Shown here in pieces: positions 13,810 through 25,401 of a stretch of 64,000 bases of DNA; position 1 is the first letter of the stretch; every line of letters begins with the position of its first letter. The position numbers were made by a program, and so were the translations under genes. Origin of the DNA: Octopus vulgaris (Eukaryota); assembly GCA_951406725.2 (NCBI GenBank), contig OX597835.1, forward strand, positions 15,624,001-15,688,000, in the 5' to 3' direction. Below the pieces are notes generated by a model. It saw only the letters and a program-made list of their open reading frames with translations, was not told the DNA's origin and ran no database searches.

Positions 13810-13991
13810 ATGTTTGTGTCTGTGTTTCTCCCCCCAACGTCGCTTGACAACCGATGCTGGTGTGTTTACATCCCTGTAACTTAGTGGTTCGGCAAAAAGA
13901 GTCCTATAGAATAAGTCCTGGGGTCAATTTGCTCGATTAAAGGCGGTGCTCCAGCATGGCCGCAGTCAAATGACTGAAACAAGTAAAAGAG
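13594..13991 (+). mobile_element. tRNA-derived SINE family 1 copy
   Basis: Reverse complement of 2051-2465. Confidence 0.85.
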
Positions 13992-14239
13992 TTATATTCT
14001 TGTACAAGTTCTTTGTCTTTACTAATATGTGGTTGCATGCATGATTACACATTTTAGGAAAGAATCTTTGCTCCTAACTGTTCCCTCTGTGTAAGCTAGT
14101 AATGCATTAATTAATTGAAATGGGATCCTTTTTTTAAAAAACATTAGGTGCCTGTGTAGGCACAGGCATGGCTATGCAATCAAGAAGCTTCCTGTCTAGC
14201 TAAGAGAAAATATTACCTTGCTTCCAGTCTTCTGTGAAA

Positions 14240-14690
14240 AACGTGTCTGCTCGTGGGGAATAAGTTGATTACATCGAAATCGAAATCAAATTCGATGACT
14301 GGCATCCGTGCTAGTGGCGCGCTAAGAGCACCATCCAAGCATGATCGTTGCCTATGTTGCCTTACTGGCACTTGTGCTGGTGGCACGTGAAAAAACATTC
14401 GAGCAAGGTCATCGCCAGTGCCACTGGACTGATTCCTGTGCAGGTGGCACATAAAAAGCAAACATTTGAGCATGGCCGTTGCCAGTACCGCCTGACTGGC
14501 CCTCGTGCTGGTGGCACGTAAAAGCACCCACTACACTCTCGGAGTGGTTGGTGTTAGGAAGGACATCCAGCTGTAGAAACTCTGCCAGATGAGAATCGAG
14601 CCTGGTGCAGCCATCTGGTTCACCAGACCTCAGTCAAATCGTCCAACCCATGCTAGTATGGAAAGCGGACGTTAAATGATGATGATGATG
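14240..14690 (+). mobile_element. RTE 3'UTR-type repeat
   Basis: Same tail as 5600-5782 (GGAAGG.CATCCAGCTGTAGAAA...(GAT)n). Confidence 0.8.
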
Positions 14691-15633
14691 AGGGTTGGCT
14701 ACAGGAAGGACATCCAGCCATAGAGAATCTGCTTCAACAAATTTCCTCAAACCCATGTAAACTTGGAAAAATGGATGTTAAATGATAACGAAAGAAAACA
14801 ACAATAGCATTAAACAACATATGAATTTTTCATCATTTGTGTTATGTATTGGGTCATCCTATAAATAATGTGGGTCATTTTTACTTGTATTTTTTGAAAT
14901 TATTTTAAGAAATAAGAATCGTTAGGACAGCAGACAGAATGTTGGGCAGCATTACTTCTGGCTTTAAGGTTCTGAGTTCACATCCTGTTGAGTTTGATTT
15001 TACTTTTCATCCTTTCAGGGTCGATAAAATAAGCACCAGTCAGGTAGTGGGGTTGATGTAATCAACTATTTCCCCACCCACCCACCCCCAAATCAAAATT
15101 TCAGGCCTTCTACTTGTACTATAGAAAGAACCTTATGCCAAGATAACAGATCAAGGTATTGATACCTAATTGAAAGACGACTTGATTTCAGCTGTTGTGG
15201 AAATGAAGTGAATTCAAAATGATACAGAATCACAAATGGCTATTTTCTGCACACCTACCTTGTTCTTCGAGTATAGTGACCAAATTTCTTAGATAAGACT
15301 GAAACTGTAGGGAAGCCCAATTATGTGTGTGTGTTTACATTTTGTGCTTTGCGTGAGAAAGTGCTGAGCTACACACACCAAAGGTTAACATTACTCCTCG
15401 ACAAAATTGTCCACCAGTTTTAAAAGGCAAGTAGAATGGAAAAAGTAAAACTTAAGGAATGAATGGTGTGTGTGTGTATTTTTATATAAATGCTGTACAA
15501 ATATTAAATATGTAGCACACTTCTAAAATGTGTTTACAAAACATGTTTATATAATGGAAAATGTTTTTTGTATATGTTTGTGTGTATGTATACATACACA
15601 CTCATAAAGCATATATATATATATATATATATA

Positions 15634-15890
15634 TCATCATCATCATCATCATTTAGCGTCCGCTTTCCATGCTAGCATGGGTTGGATGGTTCAACTGGGG
15701 TCTGTGAAGCCAGAAGGCTGCATCAGGCCCAGTCTGATCTGGCAGTGTTTCTACGGCTGGATGCCCTTCCTAACGCCAACCACTCCATGAGTGTAGTGGG
15801 TGCTTTTTATGTGCCACCCGCACAGGTGCCAGACGGAGCTGGCAAACAGCCATGGTCGGATGGTGCTTTTACGTGCCACCGGCACGGAGT
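15634..15890 (-). mobile_element. RTE 3'UTR-type repeat (antisense)
   Basis: (CAT)n followed by the reverse-complement RTE tail. Confidence 0.8.
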
Positions 15891-17115
15891 ATAATATATA
15901 TATATATATATATGTAGGTCTGCCTATATGTATGCTAGCATATTCTCTCCATATACTAGCATATTTTGCCTCTGAACTGGCCTAGACATATTTATTCTTT
16001 TATTCTGTTACACGTTTCAATCATTTGACTGCAGCTATGATGGAGCATTGCCTTAAGCCTTTAGTATTTAAACCGGCCATATCTAGCCAAAATATTTAAT
16101 CTGTTTTATGTTCAAACTGACCAGATCCAGGCTTTCACACCTACCCTACAATGTTATTCTACATTAAGTAATTACCCCATCAAGGTCTTGAAGATATGAG
16201 ATAATGCATGATTAATTCAAATCAATGGGAATCAATAGGCATTATGTTTGATTGAATAATCTGAACACTAAAGGGTTAAAGGCTTCTTTAGTTGAACAAA
16301 TTGACTCCAGGACTTATTCTTTGTAAGCCTAGTACTTATCCTATGGGTCTCTTTTGCCAAACTGCTAAGTTACGGGGACATAAACACTGACATTGGTTGT
16401 CAAGCAATGGTGGGAGCAGGGACAAACACACACACACACACACACGCATGCACACAAGATGGGCTTCTTTCAGTTTCTGTCTTCCTAATTCACTCACAAG
16501 GCTTTGGTTGGCCCGAGGCTTTAGTAGAAGACACTTGCCCAAGGTGTCATGCAGTGGGACTGAATCCAGAACCATATGGTTGGTAAGCAAGCTTCTTGCT
16601 ACACAGCCAGATCTTTTCTGTAATGCTGCAAATAATATTACACACACATGAGACAAAGAAAGAGAGCTAGAAAGGGACTGTGTGTGTGTGTGTGTTGACT
16701 TCCAGCTTTTCCTTTTGTCTGTTTATATTTGCTTTTGAACGATCAAGCTCTTGCTCAAAAAAGGTAATGGGAAGGTTATCACATCTGACAGATTATCTAT
16801 ATGTCTTTGGCTCGATGACAATATTACAATTATCTACATATCTCATGTTAGAAGCAGTTGCAGTCTTTAAATGTTTCCTCTCATTTCTCATAAGTTTGTT
16901 GATTGCAAACAAACAATATCCAAGTGCATTGAAAAACAAAGGAACACTTCTTCACTGTTGCAGTGTTTTAGCTAATTATTTTTTAATTAGGTTTTCTAAT
17001 TGTTTTGAGCCCTATCTATTGTACTTCACTTAAAGCATGGAAGACACTTATTAGTCATTCAAAATTACACAAAGACTTATAACTTCACATAAACATTCTA
17101 TCATTAGGTGTGGAA

Positions 17116-17209
17116 CTGTTCATCATACCGTTTTGGACCTGGTCACTGACCCAGTCCTACTGCAGTGGATGTGTGTCAGTGACCAGGTTGCAGGTGGTGT
17201 GGTGCACTG
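17116..17209 (+). ncRNA. Candidate pri-miRNA-like hairpin
   Basis: About 40-bp imperfect stem with perfect 14-bp core ACCTGGTCACTGAC/GTCAGTGACCAGGT; many G-U pairs on + strand; no expression data. Confidence 0.45.
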
Positions 17210-20200
17210 AAAATATTAACATCAACTATTAAAGGTTTAAGCAAAGTTAAGTGTCTGTGTTTTTGAATTTCTAATATTTGTCTCCTATGCAGTAATTGTT
17301 TAACACTTGGCCTCGGATCAAAATATTTGCCTGGTTAGTTCATCTCTGGTATACTTCTATTTGGATAGATTATGAATTAAATTTTTGCTTTTAAAAATAT
17401 TTTGTGTTAGTAATGTTCTGGATATTTATTTTTTCATCATTGGCTTTTTAAATTTCTGTTCTAAATGATGAGATATGCAATGTTTTCTCTCTAAGTATTA
17501 GAAATGATATAAATATTTGCTTAGGTCACTCATATCTGCTGTCACATGAAATAAATTGAATTAGATTAAATTACCTATAAATAAAGTAAAATTGGATTTG
17601 AATTGAAATTGTGCATTCCCCACCCCTACTCCTCTTGTAGCTATGAATTGAAGAATAAAGGAAATAGATTTCAATTCTTTTATTATTATATAAAAAAAAG
17701 TAGTCAAATAAATTTACAATTACAATTATTGGTTTAATTATTCATTTGGAAATTGTCACCTATAAACTATCTGATTAAACTGCTACCTCTCTGCCTTTTT
17801 ATTCTAGGCAATGAAAATGGTTGTTTAGTTTCTCGCTGTTAACCCTTTAACATATAAACTGGCCGTGTCCAGCCCAAATATCCAACCAGCTTCATGTTCA
17901 TTCTGGTCAGATGCAGTCTCTCACTCCTACTCTGCAATTTCATTCTAAAAATAAACAGTCGCACCATCAAAATTTCAAGCTGGGAAATAATACATGATTA
18001 ATTGGAAGCAATGTGAATAAATAAGCATTACATTTGACAGTAATCTGGATGCTGAAGGATTAAAGGATTAATAGATTGTAGCAGAATGTTCTCATTTCTG
18101 CAGAGAAAATTTTTTAAAAATCCAACTTACTGTTCAAGTTTTTTAGCTTTGCTCTCCCCACCTCTTCTCATGTTGGAGGAGTTGCAGTATCTCTACACTT
18201 GCTGCCATGTTTGACGGTCGTCATAGACTGATGTTGACACTATTAACATTTGGTTTGAGTTTCTCTGTGAAGGCCTGAGCATGGTGTTCCAGGAGACTGC
18301 ATTTCTTGGTAGGAATAGTAAAGTGATTATTTAACCAGGGTTTGGTTGGTTGGTTGGGAATGAGAGAAATAGGCATGGTGTGTGTGAAGAGAGGAACCAG
18401 TACATTGGTTCAGTTTGGCTTGCAGTGATTAGCTAGTAGTACTCTGATGTGAATCTGTGAAAGTTTAGTTTATTCTGAATTACAGGTCTTTGATTAAAGA
18501 AATTGTTGCTTTACCAATTTGAAAAATGCTTGTGGGTTTCTATTCTGAATAAAAACCACTTCTGTGGTGAAGCAATTATTTGGATATAAACTATGCCTAT
18601 GGCATGATGGCCAGGTAAAGGGACCTGAACATAAATATGAACACACACTTGCGCATATATATATATGTATGTATGTATGATGGACTTCTTTTGATTTCCA
18701 TCTACGAGATCCTTTCACAAGACTTTGGTCGTCCTCGGATTATAGTAGAAGACCTTGCCTAAGTTCCTCCACAATAGTACTGAGCTAAAAACTATGTTGT
18801 TCTGAAGCAAGCTTCTTAAACGTGGTTTTGGGTTCGGTTCCACTGCGCATCATCTTGGACAAATGTCTTCTGCTGTAGCTTTGGACCGACCAAGGCCTCG
18901 TGAGCAAATTTGATAGATGAACCTTCAAGGAAACCTGTTGTGTGTGTGTGTGTGTGTGTTGGATCTTTTTTGTTTTCTTCCAACCACTTGAAGATTTTTT
19001 TTTTCAATTCTCAATGGATTATTTCTAAATATTTTCCACACTGATTTAGTTTTGCATGCTGATGATGAATATCCCATTCATTTTGGCTTAAAACACACAA
19101 TTTTAAATGCTTCTATCTTTTTTATTATGAATTCTCCGAAATAATGAATGTGACGCTTGTCACTAGCATGCAAAACTGTATCAAAAGTATGTTTTCTGAA
19201 AATTTTCAGATGAAAATTTGTGGTTGGAAGAAAACAAAGATCTTTTGTGTTTGCTCTTGCCTTGACATTATATGATGGGTCATACAAGCTATGTTTGTTT
19301 CTAGACTTCTGTGAAAAACTTGTCTAGCAATGAGGAAATATGAACTGGTTTGAAAACAGGTGAGGGTTAGTGAAAGGAAAAGCATCAGGCTATAGAAAAT
19401 CTGCCTTAATTCCATCTGACCCATGCAAGCATGGAAAGGTGGACATTAAAAAACAACGACGATGATGAAGCTTATTATTATGGAGGCAGAGAACAAAAAT
19501 CTTTACAGTTTTTGTGTGTCTGTGTATGTATGGGGGGGAGTATGTGGGGGCTGGTACTTGTCATACTGTGAACTTCTGAGCTAAAGAAGAATTATACACA
19601 TAGATTCAGAAATTAAAAACTGTTTTTTTTTTCCTTAACCATTCCTGTAAAATATAGAACAGAAGAAATCAGACTCATTGATTAAGCAATATCTTAAATT
19701 AGGCTAATGAGTTAAACTACATTTTTATAAGTCTAATTAAAAAAAAAAAAAAAAAAAATAATTACATTTTCAAAGTGGTTCAAAATCTATAGATTTACAC
19801 CCCCTCCCCTCCCCAAACCTTTCAGTATTTTATTTCATTATCTATTGGGTTGAGTGACATCTGGTCATTGCTAGCTATTTTGTATTGCCAATTGTGCTCT
19901 GTCCATTACAGATTTGTGTTGACGTTTGTCGATTGCAGCAGTAATGCTTCCTGCATTATCACTAATGCCAAGTTTTTCTGGAATGGCATCTCAGTTGCCA
20001 TTCGTTGAGTGCATGTTGTAATTCCACTGGAGGTGTTTGCAGCCTACAATCTGCTCATCTCAGCCATGTGCTTTATAGATTTCAATATGAATATGCTTTA
20101 AGTTTCATTAAAAAAAAAAAAAAAAAAAACTTTCTTTTTCGTTTTAATCTTAAATTTCCTCTTTTTATTTCATTTCGTCTTGATAATCTATCTTAAGTTC

Positions 20201-21019
20201 TTTTATTATATTCTGTGATTTGCTAATATTAAAGATGTCTTTTTTGTGGTTTTTAAAAATTTATTTGTGTGAAGTAGCTTTTTTTTCTACAGTGTTTATA
20301 AATTTGTAATTGCGTTCAATATAGTGATACATCTATGAGACTCTGTTTTGATATTTTACTTAATCTAATATCTATATCTATCTATCTATATATATATATT
20401 AAAAAAAACAAAACAAATAGACCATGCTTGCATAAATATATAGATGTATTTGCTTTTCTTATGCTGTTGTGCAAATAGTAACCAAACTCTACGTGCTAAA
20501 CTTTGATTGGCGGCAACTGTTTTGATGTTAAAACAGAATAATTTCTGTTTTACACATTAGATTTGAATCTTGATGGCTAAGAGCTGTTTTTTTAATTTTT
20601 TTATTATTATTATTATTATTCTTTTGTTTTCTATTCCAACATACAAAAAAAAATGTGTATAATGAAAAGATAAGTGAAAGACATGAGTTGGGACATTGCA
20701 GTCTTTCAGAATTTTTTTATTGAATTAAATCACTGTTCATGTGATATTTATTAATTTGTAATTTTAGTATACATATCAACAGACCATGAACTGGCTGTTA
20801 ATATAGTTTTCAGATCTCTCAACTGTTGTTAATTTAGTAAAAGAAGTGAAGACTATGTATTAATTAGGAAGACAAATATTAAAATTATACTTGAAGATTT
20901 TTTTTTTCCATAACACATTAAAATGGCATTTAAAAAAATATTTTATTTAAATATATACAACTTCAGAAATAATTTCTTTACCACACAAATGAATCATATT
21001 TTTTTTTTCTTTTCTTTAG

Positions 21020-21109
21020 AGATTAGCTTCTGCTCCAATTCCATTCACCGTTCTCTCCATTACTGGCAATCCCTGCAATGAAGATTTCCTTGCTGTGTGT
21101 GGAGTAAAA
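21020..21109 (+). CDS. UBR4: UBR4 exon 4 ([30 protein letters not shown])
   Basis: Continues LTLT-RLASAP of UBR4; AG/GT. Confidence 0.95.
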
Positions 21110-21279
21110 GTAGGTGGTCCTTTTTTTTTTTTTTTTTTTATTTTTTTTTAAAAATATTATTCTAAGTTTACTGTCAGCGCCCTGTATTGAAACTTTCTCT
21201 TTTTAAAATATGCTTCTTACCTTTTTTTTGTTTCTCTTTATATTTGTTACTGAATTCCATTTCTTCTCTTTGTTTTTAG

Positions 21280-21372
21280 GATTGCCATGTTCTTACATTC
21301 ACCAGTAATGGCTCTGTCGCTGATCATTTGGTTTTGCACCCATCACTTGCTTCAGGAAATTTTATCATCAAG
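21280..21372 (+). CDS. UBR4: UBR4 exon 5 (DCHVLTF...GNFIIK)
   Basis: AG/GT, phase 0, conserved peptide. Confidence 0.95.
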
Positions 21373-21705
21373 GTAATTTCACATAATCCTTTCTGCTATA
21401 GGCACAAGACCTGAAATTTTGAGAGAGGGGGAATGATCAATTACATCGACCCCAGTGCATATCTGGTACTTATTTTGTCGACCCCCGAAAGAATGAAAGG
21501 AAAGGCAAAGTCAACCTCTGTGGAATTTGAACTCAGAACATAGTGCTGGGTGAAATGCTTAGTGATATTTCGCCTGGTGTGCTAACGATTTTGCCAGCTT
21601 GCCACCTTAACCCTATACTGTTCAGATTACTTTATTAAATGCAATGCTTTTTCACTCAAATGGTTTTGCATTAATCATGCATTATCTTGTAGCTTTGAAG
21701 TTTCA

Positions 21706-21709
21706 CCAC

Positions 21710-21755
<46 letters not shown>

Positions 21756-22206
21756 GCCCTCTCTCTCTTTCACGCTCTCTCTCTCTCTCTTTCGCTCTCT
21801 CTCTTTCTCTTTCGCTCTCTCTCTCACTCACACACTCTCTCTCTCTCACTCACACACTCTCTCTCTTTCACTTTCTCTCTTTCTCACTCGCACTCTCTCT
21901 TTCTATCTTTCACTCTTTCATTCTCTCTCTCTCTCATTCTCTTTCATTCTCTCTCTCTCTCATTCTCTTTCATTCTCTCTCTCTCATTCTCTTTCATTCT
22001 CTCTCTCTTTCACACACTCTTTCACTCTCTCTCTTTTCACTCTCTCTCTCTCTCTTACTCTCTTTCTCACTCTCACTTTCTCTCATTCTCTCACTCCCTC
22101 TCACTCTCACTTTCTCTTATTCTCTCTTTCCTTCACTCACTCTCACTTTCTCTCACCCTCTCTTTCTCTCACTCACACATCCTCTCTGCCCTCCTCTCTC
22201 TCTCTT
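21706..22206 (+). repeat. About 500-bp degenerate (CT)n microsatellite
   Basis: Visible CT/CTTT/CACT runs. Confidence 0.95.
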
Positions 22207-22381
22207 TGCCACTTCTTTGAAGTAAGTGTGACGCACACAACAGGTACATACAAAAACAAAATGTTAGTGTATTCATATTATTGATACCTTAAAAAGCTTA
22301 TAGCTAACCCAATGTTATAAACTTTTAATTATATTAAGGAATTGTTGATTGATTTGTGTTCTGTTTTATTATATTTCATAG

Positions 22382-22441
22382 GCTGTGTGGTTACCAGGCT
22401 CCCAGACTGACTTAGCAATTGTAACAGCAGATTTTGTCAAG
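22382..22441 (+). CDS. UBR4: UBR4 exon 6 (AVWLPGSQTDLAIVTADFVK)
   Basis: AG/GT, conserved peptide. Confidence 0.95.
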
Positions 22442-22503
22442 GTCTGAAATATTAAAATATTTTTTCGTCTAGCCATTCCATTTTTCCAACAATTATATAT
22501 ATA

Positions 22504-24185
22504 TTGGGTTGGCAAGAAAGTAATTTCATTTTATGCAAATAGTTACGATTCTTTTTTATTTTTAATGACTTTTGTCAATGTTATGATTTTTTTCCATTTG
22601 ACATTTGGTAGCCGTTACTTTTAGCTTACTTTAGAAGCAAATTGCGCATAATTTTGTTTACAGCTGTTAGTTCAGTGTCGGTTTTAACATGAAGTGCAAA
22701 AAAGAACATTTTCACCACATTTTGCTTTCTTATTTCAGTAGAGGTAAGAAAGCTGCTGAGGCTCATCATCATCATCGTTTAACATCCGCTTTCCATGCTA
22801 GCATGGGTTGGACAGTTCGACCGGGGATTTGGGAAGCCCGAAGGCTGCACCAGGCCAGTCATATCTGGTGGTGTTTCTACAGCTGGATGCCCTTCCTAAC
22901 GCCAACCACTCCGTGAGCGTAGTGGGTGCTTTTTATGTGCCACTGTCACAGGTGCCAGACGAGGCTGGCAAACGGCCACGCTCGGATGGTGCTTTTTACG
23001 TGCCACCGGCACGGAGGCCAGGCGAGGCTGGCACGGCCACGATCGGATGGTGTTTCTTATGTGCCACTGGCACGGCGGCCTGTCGATGCGGTGCTGGCTA
23101 CGGCCACGTTCGGATGGTTCTCTTATGTGCCACTGGCACTGGTACCACAACTACAAATTCCATTGATGTTGATCGATTTTGATTTGATTTTTTTGATTCT
23201 TTGCTCACAAAGAGATATATGATGTTTATGGTGTTGATTGCTTAACAGAACGCACATGTCAGAAATGGTTTAAAAATTTCCTTTCTGGAGATTTTTCACC
23301 CAAAGATGACCACTGTTGTGATCGACCTATTGGACTTGATGATGACCGAATCAAAGCCATAATTGAATCTGATTGTCATGTAACTGTGCGAGGGATTGCA
23401 GAGAGGTTAAATGTATCACACACATTAATTGAAAAAACACTTAAAATGTCTTGGACTTGTTAAGAAGCTTGATATTTGGGTTCCACATAAATTGAAAGGG
23501 ATTCACTTATGGCAACGAATTGATATTTGCGATATTCATCTCAAACGCAACACTGGTGATGAAAAATGGGTTGTCTACAATAACATCGGTTGAAAACGAT
23601 GATGGTCCAAGCACAAACCACATCAAATGCTGACTTGCATAAAAAAAAAAGGCCCTGCTGTCAATTTGGTGGGATTACAAAGGTGTTGTGTATTTTGAGC
23701 TGCTTCCAAGGAACCAAGCAATCAATTCAGATTACTGCTAATGAAACTAGAGGAAGCAATCAAATAAAAATTACCAGATTTAGCAAATCGTAAAGGAATC
23801 GTGTTCCACCATGACAACACTAGACCACATATGACTTTACTAACTTGTGAAAAATTATTGGAGCTTGGTTGGGAAGTGATGTCACATCTATCCTACAGCC
23901 CTGACCTTGCACCATCTCATTATCATTTATTTCAAAGTTTGCAAAATTCTTTGAATGGTAAAATTTTCAATAATGATGATGACCTGAAATCACACTTGCT
24001 TCAGTTTTTGGCTGATAAAGACCAGAAGTTCTATGAGCACAGAATCCTGAAGTTGCCAGAAAAATGGCAAATGGTCATTGGACAAAATGGAAAATATATA
24101 ATTCATTAAAGTTCATTCTTTGTATAAGATAAAAAAGACTTTTATTTAGCACTAAAGAACCGAAAGTACTTTCTTGCCAACTCCC
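22504..24185 (+). mobile_element. Near full-length defective mariner transposon
   Basis: TA-flanked TIRs sharing GTTGGCAAGAAAGTA; frameshifted transposase with WVPHKL, TGDEKW, HHDNTRPH, YSPDLAPSHY (third catalytic D lost). Confidence 0.92.
22766..23202 (-). mobile_element. RTE 3'UTR fragment inserted in the mariner ORF
   Basis: GCTCA duplicated at 22761-22765 and 23203-23207; removing it restores AAEAH-KEIYDVYG. Confidence 0.85.
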
Positions 24186-24410
24186 TATATATATATATCA
24201 TCATGTTGAACCGTTAATCCCTACACATTTCTTTTTTCATTCTCTCTCAATTTTCTTTTTCTTTTCAGTCCTTTTTGTCGAAGAGCATAGACTCGAAACG
24301 TTAAGGACTTTTCTATTCTTCCTGAGCGTCAAACTAATACACTTGCTTCTTGTTCCCTTACCTGTCTTGTTTTTTGTAAATTTGAACTAATTTGTGTGTG
24401 TGTATATATG

Positions 24411-24444
<34 letters not shown>

Positions 24445-24560
24445 GTAGCACCTTGGTTTTCGAACAAATAAATTGTGCTTTATCTCCTGTCTTTCTCATA
24501 TTCATTTAATGCAGTAGTACACGGTTTACAAACGCCTCTGATCACAAATAAATTGTGCTT

Positions 24561-24610
<50 letters not shown>

Positions 24611-24696
24611 CATATAAAGCATGGTTTATTCATGATCAGAGTTGTTTGAAAACCGAGTACTACTTTATATATATATATGTATATATATATAGGGAG

Positions 24697-24742
<46 letters not shown>

Positions 24743-24926
24743 GAGAGTTTAAAAAAAAAGTCGAAGACAGGTGGTGTACAAAACAAACAGATGTATTAGT
24801 ATAACGCTCAGGAATAGAAAAAGTCTTTTACATTTCGAGCCTACGCTCTTCTACAGGAAGGGTCACAGAAAAAACAAGGAGAGAAAAAAATGTGTGTAGT
24901 AGCTAACGATCTATCATGGCGACTAG

Positions 24927-24957
<31 letters not shown>

Positions 24958-25176
24958 TGTCAAACTGTCTGATCCATTCTAGTATGGAAAACATGTTAAA
25001 TGACAATGATCCAGTCATTAGCTCTTATGCTTTGGAAATGAATGTAAAATTCTAAATTTGTAAGCTTCATAATCTTTGGAAAAAATTTGAATGTTTCACA
25101 ATAATTGCAACTTTGTAAATTAATAGCTTCTTCTAATGAACTTGATTTAATTTTTTTCTTTTTTCTTTTTTTCCAG

Positions 25177-25401
25177 ATCTATGATTTGTCTTTGGATGCA
25201 ATTAGCCCTCAGTATTACTTCTTGCTACCAAGTGGCAAAATTCGTGATTCTACATTTGTGTTTGGTGAAGATGGCTGCACTATGGTACTGATGTCATCGT
25301 CAGGCCACATCTACACTCAGATTATGGAAGATGCAAGCAATGCTCGTCATGGACCCTTTTACATTACCAATATACTTGAAGTGAAACACAGTGACATAAA
25401 G
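25177..25401 (+). CDS. UBR4: UBR4 exon 7 (IYDLSLDAISPQYYFLLPSGKIRD...HSDIK)
   Basis: AG/GT, conserved peptide, in ORF 25105..25422. Confidence 0.95.

Noticed and set aside
18224-18256. AGACTGATGTTGA resembles the 3' part of vertebrate miR-21 in a small hairpin
   Set aside because: Seed absent, stem too short, family is vertebrate-restricted; coincidence
21644-22225. 193-aa Ser/Leu-rich ORF
   Set aside because: Translation of the (CT)n microsatellite
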